Below are positions 16,413-25,292 of a stretch of DNA of 60,540 bases, piece after piece. The stretch lies in contig CADCBS010000004.1 in assembly GCA_902799715.1 (NCBI GenBank), positions 1 to 60,540 on the forward strand, in the 5' to 3' direction. The stretch comes from an uncultured bacterium (GTDB taxonomy: Bacteria > Verrucomicrobiota > Kiritimatiellia > RFP12 > UBA1067). Each line of letters starts with the position of its first letter. Positions within the stretch are counted from its first letter, which is position 1. The position numbers and the translations under genes are program-made. The notes under the pieces are model-generated. The model made no database searches and had not been told where the DNA came from. It saw nothing but the letters and a program-made list of their open reading frames with translations.

Positions 16413-17516
16413 ATGTACGACAAACTGTGCGTAAGCGCCAGATCGATGCCCTTCTGGTGCGTGGCGAACCCGCTGGGCGACCCGTTCGGCGGCCCGGTGC
16501 AGCCGAAGATAGATTCCGTGGACGTGGCGAAGCTGCTCGCCGAGGCGAAGCAGGCCGGGCTGATCGAAATGACGAGCTTCCACGACGACGATCTCGTTCC
16601 GTGGGACCCGGAGAACCCGGAAGACGACCTCGACCCCAAGAGCGCGACGTACGCCAAGCTGTGCGAGATACGCAAGATACTGCGCAAGGCGGGCGTGAAG
16701 GTGAACGCCGCCACGTGCTCGCTGCACGGCAACCCCATGTTCCGCGCGGGCGGGCTTTGCAATCCCGATCCGAAGATCCGCGCGCTCGCGGCGAAGAAGG
16801 TAGAGCGCACGCTGCGCATCGGCGCGTTCTTCGGCGCGAAGCACTACATCTACTGGGTCGCGCGCGACGGGTTCGAAAGCTATCCCGGGTGCGACTTCAA
16901 GCGCTGCTACGACTGGCTGGCCGAAGGCCTGGACCACGTGACGGACTACATCGCCGCCAAGGGGCTGAAGAACTACGCGGGCGGGACGGTGGAGCCGAAG
17001 CCCAACGAGCCGCGCGGCGCGATGTTCCTGCCAACGAGCGGACATTCCGTGGGCTTCATCATGACGCGGCTGAAAAAGCCGGACTTCTGGGGCGTCAACC
17101 CCGAGCTGCTCCAGCACGAGGGGATGTGCCTGATAAACTCCGTCCTGACGGTATCCTACCTCATAGCGTGCCGCAAGCTGAAGTTCCTGCATTTCGGCTC
17201 GCAGATCAAAGGGCAGTTCGACGACGACTTCCCGCCGCTCGTCGGCCCCGAGGGGCTGAAGGAGACGGTGTGGATGTTCCGCGCTCTCGCGGACTGCGGC
17301 TGGAAGGGCGTGATCGAATTCGACTGCCACATGCTGCGCTGCGACGGCGGCGCCGGCAGGGAGGAATCGCTCGACCGCATGCGCCGCTTCATAAAGCAGA
17401 GCTCCGAAGCGGTGGACGTGTGCGTGAAGCTCGCCTCGCGGATCAAGCCCGCGAAGAAGGACCTTACGCAGGGCGAAGCCGACCTCGCCGCCATCCGCCA
17501 GATGTGCAACGTCTGA
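16413..17516 (+). CDS. Xylose isomerase-like (class I XylA-related) sugar isomerase, divergent.
   Basis: PFG, FHDDDL, EPKPNEPRG and NPE..HE motifs match XylA. The protein is short (367 aa) and the region corresponding to the HxDLN metal site differs. AAGGAG SD. Confidence 0.6.
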   Translation: MYDKLCVSARSMPFWCVANPLGDPFGGPVQPKIDSVDVAKLLAEAKQAGLIEMTSFHDDDLVPWDPENPEDDLDPKSATYAKLCEIRKILRKAGVKVNAATCSLHGNPMFRAGGLCNPDPKIRALAAKKVERTLRIGAFFGAKHYIYWVARDGFESYPGCDFKRCYDWLAEGLDHVTDYIAAKGLKNYAGGTVEPKPNEPRGAMFLPTSGHSVGFIMTRLKKPDFWGVNPELLQHEGMCLINSVLTVSYLIACRKLKFLHFGSQIKGQFDDDFPPLVGPEGLKETVWMFRALADCGWKGVIEFDCHMLRCDGGAGREESLDRMRRFIKQSSEAVDVCVKLASRIKPAKKDLTQGEADLAAIRQMCNV

Positions 17517-17568
17517 CGCCCGCCGCGCGGGCGCGACAACGGAACAGCCTTTGAGAAGGAGCACGGCC

Positions 17569-19977
17569 ATGAAAAACGGAACGACCGCAAAACGCGCCGC
17601 CGCGACCGCCCTCGCAGCGGCGGCCGCATTCGCGCTGGCGATCCCGGCGCAGGCGGATTTCTCGTCGCAGGGGGCGAACGCCGAAAACTTCGGCAAGGCC
17701 GAGGACGTGGGCAAGGCCGCGTCCTCCGGCGTGTCCGGCAAGCCGCCGGCGGACGCCCCGTACCGCAACCCGGCGCTTCCGGTGGAAGAGCGCATCGACG
17801 ACCTGCTGCGCCGCCTGAAGCCCGAAGAGAAGGCCGCGCTCCTGCACGCCTGCACGGGGATGTCGTGCGGGCGCATTCCGCGCATAGGGCTCGAAGAGTT
17901 CCGCACGCTCGACGGGCCGAACGGCCCGCGCGGCGAAAAGACCGTGTACTTCCCGTCGGCCATAGCCTACGCCGCCACGTGGAACACGAATCTCCAGTAC
18001 CGCATAGGAAGGGCGCTCGGCGAAGAGACGCGCGGGATGTACCCGCGCTCGAAGACGACGGCGCGGATGCTCCTCGGCCCCGGCTGCAACATCGCGCGCA
18101 CGCCGCTCGGCGCGCGCAACTTCGAGTACCTCGGCGAAGACCCCGTGCTGTCCGGCCGCACGGCGGCGGCGCTGATACGCGGCCTGCAGTCGGTGAAAGT
18201 CGCGCCGTGCCTGAAGCACTACGTCCTGAACGACCAGGAATACTGCCGCACGGTGATCGACGTCGACGCGCCGGAGCGCGCGATCCGCGAAATCTACATG
18301 CGCCCGTTCTCGATAGCGGTGCGCGAGGCCGACCCGTGGGCCGTGATGAACTCGTACAACATGGTGCGCGGCAAATACGCTTCGCACTCGTGGTACATAA
18401 ACTCGGCGCTCTTCGACGAAGGGTGGACAGGCGCGCTGCTGACGGACTGGGGCGGGTACCACGGCGACGTGGCCGCCATCAACGGCGGCACCACTGTCGA
18501 GACGTCCTGCAAGCAGAACCCGAAGCGCGACAGGCGCGAAATCGAACTGGTGGAGAACGGCACGATCCGCAAAGACCGCTTCGACGACGCCGTGCGCCGC
18601 GCCCTGCGCCTGTATTTCCGCGTGGGCGCGTTCGACTTCGACACGCCGGAGGACCGCGCCGAACAGGCGCGCATCGAAAAGGAATACCTCGGCGAAGCGC
18701 ACCGCAAGGTGGCGTACGAAGCCGCCGCGCAGTCCGCGGTCCTGCTGAAGAACGCCGGAGGCTTCCTTCCGCTCGACTTCTCCAAGATAAAGAAGATCGC
18801 GATCGTCGGGCCGAACGCCGACCAGATAACGTCCATGATCGACGGCAAGCACCTCCGCTGGCGCGGCGGCTCCGGTGCGGTCAAGGCCGACCGCGAAACA
18901 ACGCCGCTCAAGGCCGCTGTGGACGCCTTCGGGAAAGACCGAGTCCTCTTCGCGCCCGGATGCCGCTTCGAAGACGCGAAGCTCAAGACCGCGAAATCCG
19001 TCCCGGGGATGCCGGCGATGGATCCGGTGGAAGCGGCGGCGCAGGCCGACGCGGTGCTTTTCTTCGGCGGTCTCGACCACACGCTCGACCGCGAAGTGCT
19101 GGGCTGGGGCCGCATAATGCCGGCCGACCGCCCGGACCTGGAACTCAAGGCCGGAACGGACGCCGCCGGAAAGAAGGTGGACCAGGCGGAACTCATCGCC
19201 GCCGTTGCCGCGGCGAACCCGCGCACGGCCGTGATCATAACCGCCGGCGCGCCGGTGTCGGTGGAACGCTGGCACGAAGCGGTGAAGGCGATACTCGTGG
19301 ACTGGTATCCCGGCGACGAAGGCGTGCGCGCGGTGATGGACATCCTCGGCGGCAAGGTGAACCCGTCCGGCAAGCTTCCGTACACGTTCGGCAAGAAGCT
19401 TTCCGACTGGCCCGTGCACGCCAAGGGGCCGAAATGCTTCCCCGGCGTGGAAGAGCCTCTTCCCGGCGGCAAGGGCAAGCGCTGGCGCGAATACTACGAA
19501 GACGGGATATGGGTGGGCTACCGCGGATTCGACCGCTCCGGCGCGACGCCGCGCTATCCGTTCGGATTCGGCCTTTCGTACACGACGTTCGAAATCAAGC
19601 CGCTGCCGCCCGCCGGCATGGCCTACCGCGTATCCGTGCGCAACACCGGCGCGCGCGCCGGGCGCGAAGTGGTGCAGTTCTACATCTCGAAGCCCAAGGA
19701 CGCCGGCGTGGAGATGCCGGAGAAAGAGCTGATACGGTTCGCCTCCGTGGAACTCGCGCCGGGGGAGGAGAAGGAAATATCCTTCACGTTAGACGTCCTC
19801 GACCTGCGCTACTGGGACGAAAAGGCCGGCGGATGGCGCGTCGCGCCCGGAAAGCACACGGTGCTCGCCGGCGACTCTTCCGACGCGCTGAAGCCCGTCA
19901 TGGAGATCGATTTCGTGTCGCCAGACATGCTTCCGTCTTCCCGCCCCGGCGACAGAAACAAAGCCGCGGCGCGATGA
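17569..19977 (+). CDS. Glycoside hydrolase family 3 (beta-glucosidase/beta-xylosidase), secreted.
   Basis: LLGPGCNIARTPLGARNFEYLGEDP and LLTDWGG motifs, with a C-terminal Fn3-like domain. AAGGAG SD 8 nt before ATG 17569; the ORF is open from 17551. Confidence 0.85.
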   Translation: MKNGTTAKRAAATALAAAAAFALAIPAQADFSSQGANAENFGKAEDVGKAASSGVSGKPPADAPYRNPALPVEERIDDLLRRLKPEEKAALLHACTGMSCGRIPRIGLEEFRTLDGPNGPRGEKTVYFPSAIAYAATWNTNLQYRIGRALGEETRGMYPRSKTTARMLLGPGCNIARTPLGARNFEYLGEDPVLSGRTAAALIRGLQSVKVAPCLKHYVLNDQEYCRTVIDVDAPERAIREIYMRPFSIAVREADPWAVMNSYNMVRGKYASHSWYINSALFDEGWTGALLTDWGGYHGDVAAINGGTTVETSCKQNPKRDRREIELVENGTIRKDRFDDAVRRALRLYFRVGAFDFDTPEDRAEQARIEKEYLGEAHRKVAYEAAAQSAVLLKNAGGFLPLDFSKIKKIAIVGPNADQITSMIDGKHLRWRGGSGAVKADRETTPLKAAVDAFGKDRVLFAPGCRFEDAKLKTAKSVPGMPAMDPVEAAAQADAVLFFGGLDHTLDREVLGWGRIMPADRPDLELKAGTDAAGKKVDQAELIAAVAAANPRTAVIITAGAPVSVERWHEAVKAILVDWYPGDEGVRAVMDILGGKVNPSGKLPYTFGKKLSDWPVHAKGPKCFPGVEEPLPGGKGKRWREYYEDGIWVGYRGFDRSGATPRYPFGFGLSYTTFEIKPLPPAGMAYRVSVRNTGARAGREVVQFYISKPKDAGVEMPEKELIRFASVELAPGEEKEISFTLDVLDLRYWDEKAGGWRVAPGKHTVLAGDSSDALKPVMEIDFVSPDMLPSSRPGDRNKAAAR

Positions 19978-22900
19978 GAAAAGATCTTTTCGCCCGTGCG
20001 GCGCTGGCCGCCTGCATAGCGGCGCTTTCGGCGGCGGCCGCAGGGACGGCCGGGCCCGGTTTCCCCAAGGCGGGCGACGAGGCGGCGAAGACGATCCGCG
20101 CGGACTTCAAGGCTCCGCCGCCGGGGTACGGGGAAGTCCCGTTCTGGTGGTGGAGCGGCCCCGACCGGATAGACAAGGGCAGGCTGCTCGAACAGATCGA
20201 AGAGCTGCACAAGGCCGGAATCGCCGGCGTGCAGGTGAACTATTCGCACTACAGGACGTCGTTCGCCACGCAGGATTCCGATCCGGCGCTATTCACGCCG
20301 GAATGGTGGGACGTGTTCGCGTTCGCCGCGAAGGAATGCGCCAGGCGCGGCATGGGGATTTCATTGAGCAACTACACGCTCGACATCCCGGAAAGGGAAA
20401 ACCTCTGGCGGAAACTCGGCATAAGCACGCGCGAAACGCGCGCCACCGAGCTTGCGTACGTGAACGGCAAGATCGTGAAGCGGAAGGTTCCGGGCACCTA
20501 CGACCCTCTGGCACCGGAAGCCGGGAAGCGCGTGGTGGAACGCTTCTTCGACCCGTTCATGGAGAAGGTCCCGGAAGAGGCGCGGGGCGCTTTGAACTAT
20601 TTCTTCCAGGACGAGCTCGTCCTGGGCCGCGGCATCCTGTGGATGTGGACGGACGATCTTCCGGCCGAGTTCAAAAAGCGCAAGGGCTACGACATCGAAC
20701 CGCTGCTGCCGGCGCTCTTCACCGATTTCGGGCCCGACACCGCGAAAGTGCGCCTGGACATGAACGACGTGATGTCCGCGCTCGCGTGCGAACGCTACTT
20801 CAAGCCGATCTACGACTGGCACGCGAGCCGCGGCCTCGTCTACGGCTGCGACCAGGCGACACGCGGCACGCATCCGACGAAAGAGTACATCGACTACATG
20901 CGCACGATGAAGTATTTCACGGCCCCCGGCTTCGACACGCCCGGCCGCAGCGCCGACATAATAAAGAACAAGACCGGCTCGTCGATCGCGCATCTGAACC
21001 GGCGTCCGCGCGTGTGGCTCGAAGGCTACCATTCCCAGGGCTGGCAGGCGTCGACGTCCACGATATTCGACTCCACCTGCCACAACTACCTCTACGGCTC
21101 GAACCTGCTCAACCTCCACGGCCTCTACTACTCCACCTACGGCGGATGGTGGGAATGGGCGCCGCCATGCTACCACTTCAGGATGCCGTACTGGACGTGC
21201 ATGAAGACGTTCCTGAAATACTTCGAGCGCCTGAGCTTCATGCTCAGCCAGGGCGAGCACGTGTGCGACGTGGCGGTGGTGAATCCGCTCGAGCCTTGCG
21301 TGTACAACAGGGACAGGGGCAATGTTTCCGTAGGCGTCGCCCACGACATCGTGCGGCGTCTCGTGACCGAGGCGCAGACGGACGTAGATTTCATCGACGC
21401 CGATTCGCTCGCCCGGGCCGAGGCGGAGGATGGGCGGCTGCGCGTTGCGGGCGAGGCGTACCGGATGGTTGTCGTGCCGGATATGATCGCGATCAAGCGG
21501 GCGTCGCTTGAAAAACTCGTCGCGTTCAAGCGTGCGGGCGGCAAGGTCGCCGTCCTCGGCGCGAAGCCGCTGTTCACCGACACGCCACATGCCGGGAAAG
21601 CGCAAGCCGACGCCCTTGTGAAGGAACTTTGCGAGGGAGACGGGGCGCTTGTCCTTCCCGCAAAGCCTTCCGCGGCGGAGCTGGCGAAAATCGCCGGCGC
21701 CGCAGGCACGCCGGATTTCCGCGCGCCGGGGGCGGCCAAGGCGCTGCACCGCAGGATAGGCGCGTACGACGTCTACTTCGTGTGCGACCTCGCCAAGACC
21801 GGGGAATGCGTCTTCCGCGCGGCCGGGACGCCGGAGCTGTGGAATCCATGGGACGGATCGCAGAAGCCCCTTCCGGATTTCAGGCGCAACGCCGACGGCA
21901 CCACGACCGTGAAGATCGAAGGCGACGGCGCGCCGAAGCTTGTAGTGTTTTCCCCCGGCGGCGGCGCGCCCCGAAAGAGCGGCTGCTACGCCGGAACGCC
22001 GCAGGCGCCGGAGCGGAAGAAGATCGCGCCCATGGCCATCGACGGCGATTGGGACTTCACCCCGATTCCGACGCTCGACAACAAGCACGGCGACTTCCGC
22101 CTGCCGGTCCGCGAGCGGTTCATCGGACCCGAAATCCGGCGCGTAGAGATGCAAGACGCGGGAAAATACGGCCTGCCGTCCCGCATGACGGTCTCGTTCG
22201 GGCCGCAGTTCATCGACGAATCGACGTCGAAGCCGTTTCTTTTTTCGTGGCGCGAAGGCGCGGAAGGCATGCCCGGCTTCCAGGACTGGCACCACGGGCT
22301 GAACGGCCGCACTGGCGACGACTTTTTCGTCCTCGGTCCGTACGACCGGCGGTTCTACGACGTAAGGCCAAAACGCGGCGCGAAGCCGGAGCCTAAGACG
22401 TTCAAGACATTCGTGTACGCGCCCTGCGACTGCAAGGCCATGCCGGTGGCGCACGGCGCGGCTCCGGAATACATATCCATCGACGGCGCCGCGAGGAAAC
22501 CCGGCGAAGAGGTGGCGCTTTCCGCAGGGTACCACGAACTGTCCGTCCGCTACAGGGCGTTCGGCCGCGCCGCGCTCGTGATGATGCGCACGGACGTCAA
22601 GAGCGAGCCGTCGAAGGTTCCGCTTTCGATGCGCTGGCACGACGATCCGGCGGTGCTGCGTTTCGACCCGTTCGGCGGGAAGATAGCCAAAGCCGCATAC
22701 ACGGCCACGCTCCCGCCCGCCTGCGAAGAGATTTCCGTGCGCCTGCGCGGAACGCTCCTTTCAGCGAAGATCGGCGGCGAAGAGGCGGAAGTCGCGCAGA
22801 CGGCCGCAGAATCAGGCGAAAACATCTGCACGGTCAAACCGGTGAAAGTCCATGAAGGCGTCGCAACGCTTTCGCTGGAAATCGCGCACGAGCCGGGCAA

Positions 22901-23315
22901 TGTCGGCGGAGCGGCCTTCACGGAACCGGTGCGCCTCAAGTGCGGCAAGGGGAAGATATCGCTCGGGAACTGGGCGCGGAAGGCGGACGGACTCATGTTC
23001 TACTCCGGCGGCGCGGTGTATGAAAAGACGTTCACGCTGACTAAAGAACAGGCGGAGCGGTACGATTCGCTCGTGTTCGGCGGAGTGGGCGCATGCTGCA
23101 AAGTTTCGCTGAACGGCGGTGCGGAGACGACGCTCTGCTGCCCGCCGTGGCGCGTCGACGCCGGCGGAAAGCTGAAGGAAGGCGAAAACGTCCTCAGGGT
23201 CGAAGTCTACAACACGCTCAACAACCACTACCAGACGATACCCACGCGCTACCGCACGTCGATAGACCGGGCGCAGTCGGGGCTGTCCGGTCCGGTGACG
23301 CTCGAAGAGAAGTGA
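19974..23315 (+). CDS. Large secreted glycoside hydrolase (GH106-like alpha-L-rhamnosidase family by eye) with a C-terminal GH2-type sugar-binding-like domain.
   Basis: Signal MRKDLFARAALAACIAALSAAAA, followed by GEVPFWWWSG..IDKGRLLEQIEELHKAGIAGVQVNY. ATGA overlap with the GH3 stop. The first 703 codons of the 1816-aa track ORF are an alternate frame of the GH3 gene. Confidence 0.6.
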   Translation: MRKDLFARAALAACIAALSAAAAGTAGPGFPKAGDEAAKTIRADFKAPPPGYGEVPFWWWSGPDRIDKGRLLEQIEELHKAGIAGVQVNYSHYRTSFATQDSDPALFTPEWWDVFAFAAKECARRGMGISLSNYTLDIPERENLWRKLGISTRETRATELAYVNGKIVKRKVPGTYDPLAPEAGKRVVERFFDPFMEKVPEEARGALNYFFQDELVLGRGILWMWTDDLPAEFKKRKGYDIEPLLPALFTDFGPDTAKVRLDMNDVMSALACERYFKPIYDWHASRGLVYGCDQATRGTHPTKEYIDYMRTMKYFTAPGFDTPGRSADIIKNKTGSSIAHLNRRPRVWLEGYHSQGWQASTSTIFDSTCHNYLYGSNLLNLHGLYYSTYGGWWEWAPPCYHFRMPYWTCMKTFLKYFERLSFMLSQGEHVCDVAVVNPLEPCVYNRDRGNVSVGVAHDIVRRLVTEAQTDVDFIDADSLARAEAEDGRLRVAGEAYRMVVVPDMIAIKRASLEKLVAFKRAGGKVAVLGAKPLFTDTPHAGKAQADALVKELCEGDGALVLPAKPSAAELAKIAGAAGTPDFRAPGAAKALHRRIGAYDVYFVCDLAKTGECVFRAAGTPELWNPWDGSQKPLPDFRRNADGTTTVKIEGDGAPKLVVFSPGGGAPRKSGCYAGTPQAPERKKIAPMAIDGDWDFTPIPTLDNKHGDFRLPVRERFIGPEIRRVEMQDAGKYGLPSRMTVSFGPQFIDESTSKPFLFSWREGAEGMPGFQDWHHGLNGRTGDDFFVLGPYDRRFYDVRPKRGAKPEPKTFKTFVYAPCDCKAMPVAHGAAPEYISIDGAARKPGEEVALSAGYHELSVRYRAFGRAALVMMRTDVKSEPSKVPLSMRWHDDPAVLRFDPFGGKIAKAAYTATLPPACEEISVRLRGTLLSAKIGGEEAEVAQTAAESGENICTVKPVKVHEGVATLSLEIAHEPGNVGGAAFTEPVRLKCGKGKISLGNWARKADGLMFYSGGAVYEKTFTLTKEQAERYDSLVFGGVGACCKVSLNGGAETTLCCPPWRVDAGGKLKEGENVLRVEVYNTLNNHYQTIPTRYRTSIDRAQSGLSGPVTLEEK

Positions 23316-23365
23316 CGGGCGTCAAGCGGATTCCATACTGGAAGAAGAAAAGAAAGAAGGGGATA

Positions 23366-25108
23366 ATGGACGGGACGAAAGCAACGATCAAGCCAGCGCT
23401 GGCGGCCGTCGCGGCCGCGGTTTGCGCGGCAGGCGCGGCGTGCGCGGCGCAGGGGAAGCCAAAGGCCGTTGTGTTCATGCTCGACGGATGCCGGGCGGAC
23501 GCGATAGAAAACGCGGCGGCGCCGAACATGCGGAAACTGATGGACGGAAAGTGGCAGGAAGGCTACAGATGCGCGTGGTCGCTGTCGGCCCAGACCGTCC
23601 CCGACGCGATATCCTCCAGCGCGCCGAACCATGTCGCCATCGCGACTGGAGTGACCACGGCCAAGAACTGCGTGACGAACCTCGGCGTGCAGATGTCGCA
23701 GTGCGACTACAAGAAGTATCCCAGCTTGCTCGTGCGGGTGGCGGAGGCCGACCCTTCGGTCAGGGCGCTCTTCATGTACGGCTGGCCCGCCGACGAAAGG
23801 ATATGCCCGCACCCGCGCGTCGAGGCGGTTCCGGGATCGGCCGTCGCGGGCAAAGGCCTGATCGCCCGCGCAGGCGTCCCATGCGCCAAGGACGTCGCGA
23901 ACGGCGCCGAGTACGCGAAAAGGCTTTCCACGGAAAAAGCCCCCGACGCCGCGATGATCTACCTCGACCTGCCGGACCACGCCGGGCACGGCTACTTCGG
24001 CGGCGAAGGCGCGGGCTTCTATCCGTACAGGACGTCGTATCTCAAATCGATCGCGATATGCGACGCGATAATCGGGAAATGCATGGACGCCATAGCGGCG
24101 CGCCCGTCGTTCAAGGACGAAGACTGGATGATCGTGATAACCGCCGACCACGGCGGATATTCAAACACGCACGGACTCCTCGGCGGGCACGCGACATCGA
24201 TTCCGCTCATAGTGTCGTCCCGCGGCGTCAAGCAAGGGCGCATCCCCGGAACGCCCAAGAACTACGACGCGGCGCCGACGGTCCTGCGCCATTTCGGAAT
24301 CGACGTCTCGGGATTCGATCTCGACGGAAAGGCCGTTGGCGGCGAAGTCGCGCAGGAGCGGACGCGCCCGCTGGCGGAAGGGCTTGCGGCGTATTTCACC
24401 TTCGACGGGAAAAAGCCGTCGAACGAGGCCGCCGCCGGACCGTCCGCCGTCCTTTGCGGAAGAACGAAATCCGGCGCCGCCGGGGGCATCCTCGAAAAAT
24501 GCCTTATCGTGGCGAACGGCGCGAAGGGCGCGCCGGGAGGCGTCCTGCTGAAAGGCTCGGAGGCGCTGAAATTCGAAAACGGAGCGGACTTCGCGATGAC
24601 GATGTGGGTCAGGATGGACGCGCCGCAGAAGGCCGACGCGCTTATATTCGGAAACAAAGACTGGAGTTCGGGCAACAACCCCGGCATCGCGCTTTGCGCA
24701 TCGAAATGCACCGAGAACGTGAAGAACCGGGGCGTGGTTTTCAACTGCGTCACGCCCTGGGGACGGAAGCGGATCGACATCGGGACGTACGACGTCGAAT
24801 ACGGCAAGTGGGTGTTCTACGCGATCGTGCGCGGATCCGACGGCGTGGCGAGGCTCTACCAGGGCGCTCCCGACGGCACGCTCTACTTCATCTCCGAAGA
24901 CGTCCGGGACATCAAGCTCGAAACGTCGCTGCCCTTCCACATCGGCCAGGACGGGACCGGCAGGTACGGCGCGACCTTCAACGGCGCCGTGGACGACTTC
25001 GCGCTCTGGACGAGGGCGATTTCGCACGGCGACGTGAGGCGCATCTACGAAGCCGGCCGCAAGGGGCTGCCGCTCGGCGACCTGCTGAAAGGCTCGCCGC
25101 TGCCGTAA
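23366..25108 (+). CDS. Alkaline-phosphatase-superfamily enzyme (type I phosphodiesterase/nucleotide pyrophosphatase-like) fused to a LamG/concanavalin-like domain.
   Basis: Signal peptide, then KAVVFMLDGCRADAIENAAAPN, SSSAPNHVAIATG and ITADHGG motifs. C-terminal LamG-like segment (DFAMTMWVR..ALIFGNKDW..FNGAVDDFALW). GAAGGGGA SD. Confidence 0.65.
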   Translation: MDGTKATIKPALAAVAAAVCAAGAACAAQGKPKAVVFMLDGCRADAIENAAAPNMRKLMDGKWQEGYRCAWSLSAQTVPDAISSSAPNHVAIATGVTTAKNCVTNLGVQMSQCDYKKYPSLLVRVAEADPSVRALFMYGWPADERICPHPRVEAVPGSAVAGKGLIARAGVPCAKDVANGAEYAKRLSTEKAPDAAMIYLDLPDHAGHGYFGGEGAGFYPYRTSYLKSIAICDAIIGKCMDAIAARPSFKDEDWMIVITADHGGYSNTHGLLGGHATSIPLIVSSRGVKQGRIPGTPKNYDAAPTVLRHFGIDVSGFDLDGKAVGGEVAQERTRPLAEGLAAYFTFDGKKPSNEAAAGPSAVLCGRTKSGAAGGILEKCLIVANGAKGAPGGVLLKGSEALKFENGADFAMTMWVRMDAPQKADALIFGNKDWSSGNNPGIALCASKCTENVKNRGVVFNCVTPWGRKRIDIGTYDVEYGKWVFYAIVRGSDGVARLYQGAPDGTLYFISEDVRDIKLETSLPFHIGQDGTGRYGATFNGAVDDFALWTRAISHGDVRRIYEAGRKGLPLGDLLKGSPLP

Positions 25109-25117
25109 ACGCCGCAT

Positions 25118-25180
25118 GGCAGGGCGCGTTGTCCCAACGCGCCGCCTCGCCGCGGCGGCTTGGGGACAAGCCGCCCTACC
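25118..25180 (+). repeat. REP palindrome, long variant, between convergent genes.
   Basis: ggcagggcgcgttgtcccaacgcgccgc...ggcggcttggggacaagccgccctacc. Confidence 0.85.
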
Positions 25181-25208
25181 AGGGGACGAACCGGTTATGC
25201 AACGGCTT

Positions 25209-25236
25209 GGCAGGGCGCGTTGTCCCAACGCGCCGC
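25209..25236 (+). repeat. Half REP palindrome (first hairpin only).
   Basis: ggcagggcgcgttgtcccaacgcgccgc. Confidence 0.8.
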
Positions 25237-25254
25237 CCACGCAAATTTCTGCAC

Positions 25255-25291
25255 GGTCGGCTACTCGGCTTCAAGCGCCGAGAGGCCGACC
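25255..25291 (-). terminator. Long GC hairpin immediately 3' of the giant gene stop codon (GGTCGGC-ta-CTCGGC...GCCGAG-ag-GCCGACC).
   Basis: Complementary arms read directly. There is no clear U-tract, so intrinsic-terminator status is uncertain. Confidence 0.4.
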
Positions 25292-25292
25292 C

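Noticed and set aside
17865-19973. N-terminal 703 codons of the 1816-aa ORF 17865..23315.
   Set aside because: This part is an alternate frame of the GH3 gene (Arg/Pro/Gly-rich). A signal peptide, and an ATGA overlap with the GH3 stop at 19974, mark the real start.
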